Part shown: positions 51,400-62,969 of the stretch, piece by piece
How the letters are laid out: each line of letters begins with the position of its first letter
How positions within the stretch are numbered: the first letter of the stretch is position 1
NCBI RefSeq assembly: GCF_963921235.1
Contig: NC_086097.1
Span: 234,176,001 to 234,240,000 of the forward strand
Reading direction: 5' to 3'
DNA from: Mobula hypostoma
Taxonomy: Eukaryota
DNA length: 64,000 nt
Translations under genes and position numbers: made by a program
Notes under the pieces: generated by a model
What the model was told of the DNA's origin: nothing
Database searches by the model: none
Seen by the model: only the letters and a program-made list of their open reading frames with translations

Positions 51400-53265
51400 T
51401 CACTAGTGCATCTGCCTGCACCACTGACTCAGGCAGTGCATTCCACGCACCAACCACTCTCTGAGTAAAAAAACCTTCCTCTAATATCCCCCTTGAACTT
51501 CCCACCCCTCACCTTAAAGCCATGTTCCCTTGTATTTAGCAGTGGTGCCCTGGGGAAGAGGCGCTGGCTATCCACTCTATCTATTCCTCTTAATATCTTG
51601 TATACATCTGTCATGTCTCCTCTCATCCTCCTTCTCTCCAGAGTAAAGCCCTTGCTCCATTAATCTCTGTTGGTTGAAGAGTGCTCTTGAACTACATAAG
51701 TGTTGTCTTCAGTAGCATGCAGCTGGTATGAAGGTTGTTCTGTTGTTGTGCACAACACTCCAAGCCAGGTTCCATCATGGCTGGAGGACTGTCAAGTGTT
51801 TCAGCAAAGTGACAGATTCCACTAGCACGGCATGCATTAGCATTAGTGCACAGTAGAGCCTGGGGCAGAACGTGAAGCAAGAACTGTAGATGTGAAATGT
51901 GTTTGTGAGACAGGAACTTACTTGATTACTCAAGTGATGTTGATAAACCTGCCTGTGGTATTGGAGCCATGGCCTGGTCCAATTCTCACTGATCTCACCT
52001 CGCCTGCACTGCATACGCTGTCTCTGCGGCCTTATTTCATCCTTGGGCGTAAAGTATTCCATGCATTTCCTGGGCCCATTTGAGTACCGGATGTTGCTCT
52101 AGGTTTGTCAGTCACCCTTTCACACTACCTGTTCTGGACAGTGCACTCCCCACCTGTAGCAGAAGCAGGTGAGTGGAGGGTATCTGCACTCCTCCAAGAC
52201 AAACAGGACCTGAGCCTCTGCAGATTCTGTGAGGACAAGGCATGGTGGTTAGTGGCGGTTTCCATCTTGTCCGAGGATGACGGGAAATCTGTGAAGAGTG
52301 TTTTTCTTTAGGTGGAAAAGCCTTTGCACTGGCCCAGTTCTACTCTCTCGACCTCAGAAGTCCCAGTGCAGTGGTATGAGCACACATCACAACTGGAGTC
52401 TTCTTTGGTTGCGTGGATGACAATGCCTTGTCATGCCCTTCACTCTCCATGCCGCCTTGCAGTACTGCCTTCCTAACAGTTGGATCTCACAGTAGATGTG
52501 ATCTGGCCAGTCCCCCGGAACTGGCTTCGCATTCTAGGCCAGGCATGTCCCTATCCTACCAGAGTACACCGCTGGCTACCCTCACCTGGTTTAGCCCACC
52601 TGTTGAAGCACATACCAGGGTGTGGCCACTGTCACATGAAAACAGCTACTTGGAGTCACAGCTGAGAGCCGAGTGTCTGGTGGGGATCAAAGGTGAGTGA
52701 TCTGCCCTGGAATGGACATGTCAAGCCCTTTTATCAGAGGTGCTATAGTATGTGAGTCCTTGCAATCCTGTAATTGGGGATTTCTGATTCCACAGCAAAC
52801 TCAGGGTGTGAGATGCAAAATCAGACTGAATATGAATCTGTATGGATCACCTGGCCCCAATGCAAGCAACAAAACCAAGCAGGGGTATCTCAGTCTGACA
52901 TTCATTTATTTAGCAGATGTACATCAAAACATATAGTGAAATGTGGTCGCTTGCATTAGGAACCTAAGGATGTGTTAGGAGCAGCCTGCAAGTGTCACCA
53001 CACATTCCATCCTTGATTTCGTTATGCCCAAGTTGCGTTGGAGAGTCTCTGTTGTATGTGCTGTCCTGGATAGATAGGCATATGTGCCAATCAAAGCTAC
53101 ACTGGGTTATATTCTGTTGTAGCTTTTCTTCCTTTCCTTCAAACAGCCCGACACGTTCTCTCGGGCGGTGAACGATTGTTGACCACATACATGAGTGCGG
53201 AGGAGAGCGAAAGGAGAGCGGATCCCTCCTGATGTTTAGTTACAACGGTCCGTCCAAAACTATTA

Positions 53266-53866
53266 CTACTACTACTACGTCGACTCAGACCTAGGGGGCC
53301 GACGTCGGGCACGATGACGGACTCTCCACTTCTCCCTCTCAGTTCATATACATTAGCCGCGCCACTGTCTTCTAGGAGCGTATTGACCATAGTCTTGGGA
53401 GGGCGCCCAGGGTTCATCCTCCCATGCTTGGGCTCCCATATGATGACTAGCTCGGGGTGGTGTAGACAGTGCCCCACTAGTTGCAGTCTTCTCACCTCGA
53501 TTTTAGTGGTGAGCATCGGTAGGTTGTTATAGAGCTTGGCGTTCGTCATGTGCTGTTGCCAACTCACGTCAAGAGCCATCCGGAGCATTCGTGTATAGCA
53601 ACCATCTAGAGACTTTCACATCGTCTTGGTGAGTGTCCACGTCTCGCATCCGTACGTGAGAATGGACTTTATGACTGCTATGAAAATCCTCTTTTTAAGC
53701 CCTGTGGCCAGATTCGACTTCCAGCTTTCCTGCATGTCGTTCATAGCACTCCACCCCAGCGCCTTCCGTATCCTTATGTCCTTCTCCGAACTCATCATTC
53801 TTGACCCAAGGTACTTGTAGTCAAAGACATTCTTAATGGTATCATTAACGGTCTTGAGAGTACCTT
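53266..53866 (-). mobile_element. RTE-clade LINE, 5'-truncated
   Basis: Near-identical to 1752-2386. (TAG)n tail. ctatta direct repeat at both flanks. Confidence 0.88.
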
Positions 53867-54845
53867 CTATTAGGTGAAGCTGCATCCCATTTGGATAGAT
53901 ATAAAAAATAAAAGTTATTTGTTGAACTGTACCCACATAATATTCAAAACTGATTTTAATAAAATAAATCTGTCGCAGACAACCTTCCCCTGAGATCTAC
54001 TTATTTCTCAAATGTATCTCCGGATAGGCTTCCTCTGCCTAATGCTCAATAGCATGCATTAGACAACAGCCATAATTGCATGACTCTCACCATAATGAGA
54101 TTCAGCCTGTCAACCATTCCCTTTTTTAAAGTCAGTTATTGTTCTTATTGTCATTGCTCTTGTTGCTCTGTACTTGCAGGACAACTTGAATTAGACAGCA
54201 ATAACATTATCTTTACAGTTTACGGGCAATGCAATCATTTTGGATGACAGTCTTTGAAAGATTCTGTGCTTGTAGCACATCATGATGTGCTGCAATCTGT
54301 GGCCATCAATTTATGGGCAGCTTCAGCGTTTGTTACAAATAAATTGAAATAAATTGCCACAATATCTTCTTCAAGCCACTGTAGGCACAGATAGAAAGGA
54401 AGATGGAGCATCAATTTTTGTTGCAATTCTGTGAAAAGGGACAGGCCTGGAAATTAGTGTAAGCTGGTTCTGAGGTGATAAGTGGTGTAGAGACTGATAC
54501 TTGCACAAGATCATGGCGGCTCGATCATCAATCCAAATTGATCCTTACGTCTTCTCTGCATAACTGAAGCCAGCTGGTTCTTCCTTGTCTCAAGACAAGG
54601 AGCAAAAAAATGTCCCCTACTTAAGAGTAACTGAAAATAGGGCTGTCTGAGAGGCAGTGGTCAGGTCAAGAATATAGCTGGAGCCAGAAAACATTCCAGT
54701 TCTTTCCTGGATGTTAGCAACACTTGTGAATTTGAGACATTTTTCACGCTGTAGTCCTTCTGGTGAAGGTAGTCTCATGGTAGAATTAGGTGTTGAGATC
54801 CTAGAAATTAGACCCAGGGTTTGAAATGCCACAGCAATCTATTAT

Positions 54846-55430
54846 CATAAGACCATATAACATAGGAACAGAATTAGGTCATTCAGTACATCAAGTCTGC
54901 TCTGCTATTCCATCATGGCTGATTTAATTTGCCTCTCAACCCCGTCCTTCTGCATTCTCCCTGTAAGCTCTGATGCCCTTACTAATCAAGAAGCTATCAA
55001 CCTCTGCTTTAATTATACCCAATGACTTGGCCTCCACAGCGGTCTGTGGCAATGAATTTCACAATTTCACTAGACTCTGGCTAAAGTAATTTGTCCTCAC
55101 CTCTGTTCTTCTATTCCGAGGCTGTGCCCTCTGGTCCTAGATCTTCCCACAATTGGAGTCATTTTCTTCATGTCCTCTCTATCTAGGGCTTTCAATGTTC
55201 AGTTGGTTTCAATAAGCTCCCTCCTCATTCTCCTAAGCTCCAGCAAGTACAGGCCCAGAGACGTGAAATACTCTTCATATGTTAACAGTTTCATTCCCAG
55301 GATCATTCTTGTGAACCTCCTCTGAATCCTTTCCAATGCAGTGCATCTTTTCTTAGATTAAGGGTCCCACACTATACATACTGCTCCAAGTGCAGTCCAA
55401 CCAATGCCCTATAAAGTCTTAGCATTGCCT
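54846..55430 (-). mobile_element. CR1 3' fragment
   Basis: Same 3' UTR/tail as 5307-5840. Confidence 0.8.
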
Positions 55431-56189
55431 CCTTTTAGGTCAGGACGGTGAGTGATTATGAGGATGATCTGCAGATAGCAGTACTCTAAAGCTCCTCCAG
55501 TATTGTATATCTTGGTAACAGTAATCAGATCTTTAGAATCCTGGTTAATACATTTTGGCAATTTACTCCAGTGCACCTTGCAGATGGTTCAGCTATAGTA
55601 ATAGTGGTGGAGGAAGTGAGTGTTTAGGTTGCTGAATGGGGTTACCTTGCCTACTTTAGTGTTAGTCTCAGTATGAGGGCCTAAACAGGAGCCATAAATA
55701 GGCCCTCGATGTGGGAAAGCCAGGAGTAGAGCTGCAGCTTGGAATTAAACCAGGAGTAGACACCAGGTATGAAACAGACCTAACAGCACAATAGGAGTTG
55801 TAAGATGTAGAGAGAGGGTTTGGAGCAAACCCGGGGTGGATCTGAGCAGAGCCAGGATTAGGCCCTTAATCTAACGTTCAGTAAACAGGTGATCAGAGGG
55901 CTGGAACCAAACCGACAGTGGATTTCTTTAGTGTTAGTATCCGGTGTCGCGCTGGTGTTAGGTGGTGTTACTCTAGGAGTTACTGTTTTCAATCCAATAC
56001 TGTTGCCTGGAATACTCAGTGGAGGGAAGCACAACGGAAAAATGTGATTGTGAGTCCTTTTGTGGAACCTGAACACTCAACACATTTGAATCTTTCACAT
56101 GTTTAACCTTCTTACTCACAGTAACTTCTCCACAGCACACTCTCCATTTGGAAGATCAGGTCACAACCTGGTTTACCTCATGCCCTTAT

Positions 56190-58412
56190 ATAAGCCCAAA
56201 GTACAGCAACAGCTAGTTCCCACCAAGACAGTAAAGAAATGGTCTCCGGAGGCCATCTAGGCCTTGAAGGGCTGCTTTAAGGTTGCTGACTGGAATGTGC
56301 TTTGTGAACAATACGGGAAGGTCATTAACAGTCTTACTGATCGCACCTCTGGCTACATCATCTTCTGTGTGGACACTGTAATACCATTAAGGACTGTTCA
56401 CTGCTTTCTGAACAACTGACTATGGGTCACCAGTGGTCTTCTCAACCAGAAAAAGAGAACCTTTAAATCAGGAGACGGGGAGGAGCTGAAACACGTGCAG
56501 GGGGAGCAAAAGAAGAAGATCAAGGTGGCTAAAGAGGAATACAGGAGAGAGCTCGAGAACAAGTTCGGGCAGAGTAGCATACAGGAGATGTGAAGGGGCA
56601 TGGAGAATATCACTGGCTTCAATCAGCCTGGCTGTAGAGACTGGGAATGGAGCCGTTAATGGGCTAAAAAGTTAAACCAGTTCTTCAATAGGTTTGACAA
56701 TTGCACTCCTGCTCACACCCGCCTCAGCACACCAGTCCTGGTGCCGAGGTACCTAATGCTCCTTCAGCAGCTATGTCTCCCCTCCTCCCTCCTCCCTCCT
56801 TCCACCTCCAATTCAACACGTGGATGAACAACACAGGCTGCCACTGTCTAGCCCTCTTCTTTCACCTGTGTGGAGTTGTCCAGCAAATTTTTAATCTGGG
56901 TCCCAGTACCAAGAAGGGTCAACCGGAAGTCTTAAATGACCACCATCCAGTGGCCCTAACCTCACACATCATGAAGGCCCTAGAGAGGCTGATGCTGGCT
57001 CATCTCTGACACTTTGTTACATCAGCCCTCAATCCCCTGCAGTTTGCCCACTAGGAGCAAATTGGAGTTGACAATATTGACATCCACCTACTGAAAAGAG
57101 CCTACTCCTGTTTGAATAAGCAGGATTGTGTTTTTTGATTTCTCCAGTGCCATACCGCCCTCATTGCTGGGGGAAAAGCTGCGTTCAATGCAGGTTGGCA
57201 CTGTCATTGTATCCTGGATAATGGACTACCTGACTGGCAGACCACAGTTTGTGTGGCTTCAGAGCTGTGTGTCAGACATGGCTATAAGCAGCACTGGGGC
57301 CCCCAGAGGACTGTATTGACTCCCTTCCTGTTTACCCAGTATACCTTGGACTTTTGATATAACACTGCCACAGTTCTCTGATGACTCAGCAATAGTTGGG
57401 TGTATAAAAGGAGGACAGGAGGATGAATACAGTCCCCTGGTGGAGAACTTTCCCAAATGGTGCAAGCTAAATCATCTGCAGCTCGACATCAGTTAGACAA
57501 AGGAGATGGTGATGGACTTTAGGAAGATCAAGCCTCCACTGCTCCCTGTTACTATTTATAGTGAGGATGTGGATGTGGTGAGGACCTACAAATATCTGGG
57601 GGTGCATCTGTTTGATTGATTCGAGTGAAACACCAACACAGAAGCTGTGTACAAGAAGGGCCTCTACTTCCTGAAGAGATTGAGGTCCTTTGGAGTATGC
57701 AGGCCTCTCCTTCACATGTTCTACCAGTCTGTTGTCACCAGTACCACCTTCTATGTGGTGGTGTGCTGGAGCAATAGAATTAACATGGGTGATGTCAACA
57801 GGCTCAATAAACTGATTAGAAAGGCTGGCTCTGTTATAGGAGTCAAACTGGACACACTGGAGGCTGTGGTAGAACAAAGGACCCTCTGGAAAATCCTGGA
57901 AGTTCTGGACAACGTTTCTCACCCTCTGCATGCCACCTTGGCTGCACAGACGAGCACTTTCAGTAATAGACTAAGACAACCGCGCTGCTCCAAAGAGTGA
58001 TAAATGAGGTCATTTTTACCCTCTGCCATTAGGCTCCGTAATGAGTCAACCTCCAGCTGGAGCAGTGATGACCCTGTCTTGTTACTAACCTCTGTTTACC
58101 AGAGCTCTGTTTAAGCTCATTTTAGCTCTGTAAGTCCTGCTATTGTGGACTGTGCAATATTACCATCACTTTTTGTCTGGACAGTGTGAATATGCGTTCA
58201 TTACTGTATAAGATTATGGTAATTCTCACACTACCATCTGACCAGTGTGACTGTGGAAATCTTGTAAATCTTGTAATCTTTGACTTGTTAAATCTTGTAC
58301 ATATTTTTATATTCTTTCTTACTTCTCTTCTAATATATGTATATCTGTGCACTTGCAATGCTACTGTGACAAGGTAATTTCCTTTGGGATCAATAAAGTA
58401 TCTACCTATCTA
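56190..58412 (+). mobile_element. Rex1/Babar LINE, decayed ORF2
   Basis: LNDHHPVALTSHIMKALERL, FFDFSSA, STGAP, GLYFLKRLRSF, HPLH. aataaag + (TATC)n tail. Confidence 0.85.
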
Positions 58413-60747
58413 AGACAACAGGAATTCTGCAGATGCTGGAAATTCAAGCAACACACATAAAAGTTGCTGGTGAACGCAGCAGGCCAGGCAGCATCTCTAG
58501 GAAGAGGTGCAGTCGACGTTTCAGGCTGAGACCCTTCGTCAGGACTAACTGAAGGAAGAGTGAGTAAGGGATTTGAAAGTTGGAGGGGGAGGGGGAGATC
58601 CAAAATGATAGGAGAAGACAGGAGGGGGAGGGATAGAGCCGAGAGCTGGACAGGTGATAGGCAAAAGGGATACGAGAGGATCATGGGACAGGAGGTCTGG
58701 GAAGAAAGACGGGGGGTGGGGGGGACCCAGAGGATGGGCAAGAGGTATATTCACAGGGACAGAGGGAGAAAAAGGAGAGTGAGAGAAAGGATATGTGTAT
58801 AAAAATAAGTAACAGATGGGGTACGAAGGGGAGATGGGGCATCAGCGGAAGTTAGAGAAGTCAATGTTCATGCCATCAGGTTGGAGGCTACCCAGACGGA
58901 ATATAAGGTGTTGTTCCTCCAACCTGAGTGTGGCTTCATCTTTACAGTAGAGGAGGCGGTGGATAGACATGTCAGAATGGGAATGGGATGTGGAACTAAA
59001 CTGTGTGGCCACTGGGAGATCCTGCTTTCTCTGGCGGACAGAGCGTAGATGTTCAGCAAAGCGGTCTCCCAGTCTGCGTCGGGTCTCGTCAATATATAAA
59101 AGGCCACATCGGGAGCACCGGACGCAGTATATCACCCCAGTCGACTCACAGGTGAAGTGTTGCCTCACCTGGAAGGACTGTTTGGGGCCCTGAATGGTGG
59201 TAAGGGAGGAAGTGTAAGGGCATGTGTAGCACTTGTTCCGCTTACAAGGATAAGTGTCAGGAGGGAGATCAGTGGGGAGGGATGGGGGGGACGAATGGAC
59301 AAGGGAGTTGCGTAGGGAGCGATCCCTGCGGAATGCAGAGAGAGGAGGGGAGGGAAAGATGTGCTTAGTGGTGGGATCCCGTTGGAGGTGGCGGAAGTTA
59401 CGGAGAATAATATGTTGGACCCGGAGGCTGGTGGGGTGGTAGGTGAGGACCAGGGGAACCCTATTCCTAGTGGGGTGGCGGGAGGATGGAGTGAGAGCAG
59501 ATGTACGTGAAATGGGGGAGATACGTTTAAGAGCAGAGTTGATAGTGGAGGAAGGGAAGATGTGTTTAAGAGCAGAGTTTTGGCTCCTCCCACTTCCTTC
59601 AAACCAAAGGTGTAGCTATGGGCACCCGTATGGGTCCTAGCTATGCCTGCCTTTTTGTTGGCTTTGTGGAACAATCTATGTTCCGTGCCTATTCTGGTAT
59701 CTGTCCCCCACTTTTCCTTCGCTACATCGACGACTGCATTGGCGCTGCTTCCTGCACGCATGCAGAACTCGTTGACTTTATTAACTTTGCATCCAACTTT
59801 CACCCTGCCCTCAAGTTTACCTGGTCCATTTCCGACACCTCCCTCCCCTTTCTAGATCTTTCTGTCTCTGTCTCTGGAGACAGCTTATCCACTGATGTCT
59901 ACTATAAGCCTACTGACTCTCACAGCTATCTGGACTATTCCTCTTCTCACCCTGTCTCTTGCAAAAACGCCATCCCCTTCTCGCAATTCCACCGTCTCCG
60001 CCGCATCTGCTCCGTGTAAGCAGAACAAGTGCTACACATGCCCTTACACTTCCTCCCTTACCACCATTCAGGGCCCCAAACAGTCCTTCCAGGTGAGGCA
60101 ACACTTCACCTGTGAGTCGACTGGGGTGATATACTGCGTCCGGTGCTCCCGATGTGGCCTTTTATATATTGGCGAGACCCGACGCAGACTGGGAGACCGC
60201 TTTGCTGAACATCTACGCTCTGTCCGCCAGAGAAAGCAGGATCTCCCAGTGGCCACACATTTTAATTCCACATCCCATTCCCATTCTGACATGTCTATCC
60301 ACGGCCTCCTCTACTGTAAAGATGAAGCCACACTCAGATTGGAGGAACAACACCTTATATTCCGTCTGGGTAGCCTCCAACCTGATGGCATGAACATCGA
60401 CTTCTCCAACTTCCGCTGATGCCCCACCTCCCCCTCGTACCCCATCTGTTACTTATTTTTATACACACATTCTTTCTCTCACTCTCCTTTTTCTCCCTCT
60501 GTCCCTCTGAATATACCTCTTGCCCATCGTCTGGGTTCCCCCCCCCTTGTCTTTCTTCCTGGACCTCCTGTCCCATGATCCTCTCGTATCCTTTTTGCCA
60601 ATCACCTGTCCAGCTCTTGGCTCCATCCCTCCCCCTCCTGTCTTCTCCTATCATTTTGGATCTCCCCCTCCCCCTCCCACTTTCAAATCCCTTACTCACT
60701 CTTCCTTCAGTTAGTCCTGACGAAGGGTCTCGGCCTGAAACGTCAAC
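58413..60747. mobile_element. Neptune-type PLE as tail-outward inverted pair (minus arm 58413-~59560; plus arm ~59580-60747)
   Basis: Two GIY-YIG ORFs on opposite strands (58842-59168 minus, ~60090-60419 plus). RT 59618-60019 with FLRYIDD. TSD TATCTACCTATCTA (58399-58412) / TATCTATCTATCTA (60748-60761). Confidence 0.93.
58511..58546 (-). ncRNA. Minimal type I hammerhead ribozyme, intact core
   Basis: Reverse complement AGTC CTGACGA AGGGTCTCAGCCT GAAAC GTC GACT: stem I AGTC/GACT, CUGANGA and GAAA boxes, palindromic ACGT stem III, GUC cleavage triplet. Confidence 0.75.
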
Positions 60748-60748
60748 T
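60713..60748 (+). ncRNA. Minimal type I hammerhead ribozyme, intact core, at the element end
   Basis: AGTC CTGACGA AGGGTCTCGGCCT GAAAC GTC AACT. One stem I mismatch. Confidence 0.68.
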
Positions 60749-62969
60749 ATCTATCTATCTATATGGCAATAATCATGTTGGTAGAAGCCAGAGGCATAGC
60801 TTTCAACCGGTACTCTAACATCCACATCCTATGGGTCACCTTTGACCAAAACCTCACCTGGACCAATAGTGACTATAAGGATATGTCGAAGGCTTGACAT
60901 CCTGTGGTGAAGAATGGATCTCCTGATATTCCCAATTGTTTCCAGCATTTGCAAGGCATGTATCAGCAGTGCGCTGGAATTTTCTGCATTTACTTGGACG
61001 CATGCAGGCTTGACAATACTTTAACACGATTTAATAAATATCAGTCAGCTTGGTTGCTACACCACTCTCAACATTTATTCCTCACTGTTAGCACAAGTGG
61101 CTGCAGTAAAGTCATTCATAAATAACACTGCAGATGCTCATCTGGCCTACCATAGCAGCACTTCCTAAGCCTGTGGTCTCTAACACAAAGAAGAGCAAGG
61201 AATGCAGGTCCACAAGAATGCTCCTGGCTGTTTCCCTTCCAGTTCTCACATTCTCACATCCGCCTGACTGAAATGTCTGTGTTGTTCTTTCATTGAGGCT
61301 GGATGTAAATTTTGGGACATCCACCCCCCCGCTTTCTCCAATAACTTGGGTCAGAGTGTGGAGGTTCGTCCCTTCCAGTCAAGATGCCACCAGTATACAA
61401 TGCTCCTTCGGTCGACGTCTTCCAAATAGCTCACAAAACTATCATTTTTAACTTCTTTTATGTCTGTTTTCTACCTTAAATGTGTTTGTGGACAGTTAGA
61501 GCCCGCGATTTACATCTTGGAGATTGTTTTAGTGATCCAGCACTTTACTGTCTCGGAGAAGATTCTGGAAAGCGAGCGCCTACTCGGGTGGCCTCAATGT
61601 AAAGAAACTTCGAGGCAGGGTGTGAGCTGATGTTTGACTCCACCTCACTGTTTAAAGTGACCATTAATCACTGATTAGTGTGTTGAGGAAGATTGAGACA
61701 TCGAGGTGAATGCAGAAGATGAGTGAGAGTTTCACCGCCACCTGCCTGCCTTCTGGTCACTGCCAGAGAAGAAGTCTGTGAGTGGCCTGTTGCTGTGTGG
61801 TTCGCTGTGGCTGGTGGGTAGGCCTCTCTGCCTCATGTGGTGTCCTTCTCTTTCGATGAAGGTTGGTGATTTCGGATGATGGTATCATGTGTTCTGCATT
61901 TACAGACTGTGGACTTTTTCAGACTTACGATTTTTATATTCTGTGATTTTTTTAATCGCTCCTTCCTTTTCCATTGTGTTTTGTGAGGGGACGGTGTTTA
62001 GGGGTTGATGTTCTTTTGTGTTCTGTAAGCTTTTCGTGCAGGAGAGGGGTTGTTTTTTTGGGGTTAATGTTCCTGTTCTGTTTTGTGCATAGGAGGGAGT
62101 GGTGGATGATTGGGATGCCATTGTTTTTTCTACAGGAGGAGTGTTTCTCCCTGAACGACTTTCATGTTCTTTCTTTATTTCATGGTTATCTGGAGAATAC
62201 AAATTTCAGAGTTGTGTGTGGACGCATGCTTTGATAATAAATGAACTTTTGAACTTCTGAACCAAAGCAGGTGTAAAGTGCTCCTTTCCTCCACTGGCCT
62301 GCAGGTCACCCATAGACAAGTTATAGCACCTGCTTATACCCCCCCCCCCCCACCGATCAGGGTCACATAAAGCCCTGGGAGCAGGTCTATGAGCAGCCAG
62401 TGCATATCGCAAGTCCTGGCTATGCGACCTGTCACGGCAGCAAACCATCCCTGAAGTGTGTTGATAATGTCTGAGGTTACCTGTCTTGTATGAAGAAGGC
62501 AATGGCAAACCACTTCTGTAGAAAGTTTTGCCAAGAAAAATCATGGTCAAGACCACGATCGCCCACATCAATGACACGGCACATACAAATGTCTCACCAA
62601 AAACTAAAGAACAATAACATGGTTCACTGGAACCTTTTCAAAGGCAATTGGGAGTAAGCAATAAAATGAATAAATACAACTCTGACGACTCCATGGGTGC
62701 CTCCTGCAGCATGGCCAACAGCAGAATTACTGTAGCCTATGTGTCCAAGTATCTCAAACTGAGCCAGTCTCTCCAAACTGCAGAGCAACATGGGATTACA
62801 TGTAAAGGCCAGTCTGAATTGTCTGCTAATCACTGTTTTGGAAAATCTCATGAGATATTAAAAGGTAGAAACACGAAGTTCTGCAAAAATGATGAAAAAA
62901 CTTACTGGGATATGTTGAGCTGTCTACCAACCACTTTCTTCTGATCTTACCTCAATTCAGTCAAGAGAA

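Larger units (their letters stand above)
50352..51668 (-). mobile_element. CR1 3' fragment interrupted by a solo LTR and a PLE
   Basis: (AGAACAT)n tail at 50354-50372 and ORF 51429-51626. The sequence is continuous across both TSDs. Confidence 0.85.

Noticed and set aside
11544..60419. RT ORFs as a prokaryotic retron, DGR or group II intron system, or as domesticated host genes
   Set aside because: All carry eukaryotic LINE/PLE motifs, tails, TSDs and truncations, and mostly occur as multiple decayed copies.
40518..60772. Pro/Leu/Ser-rich ORFs (MPHLPLVPH..) and 59895-60419 as novel proteins
   Set aside because: The former are PLE pyrimidine-rich 3' UTR. The latter is an out-of-frame RT segment fused to GIY-YIG by a deletion.
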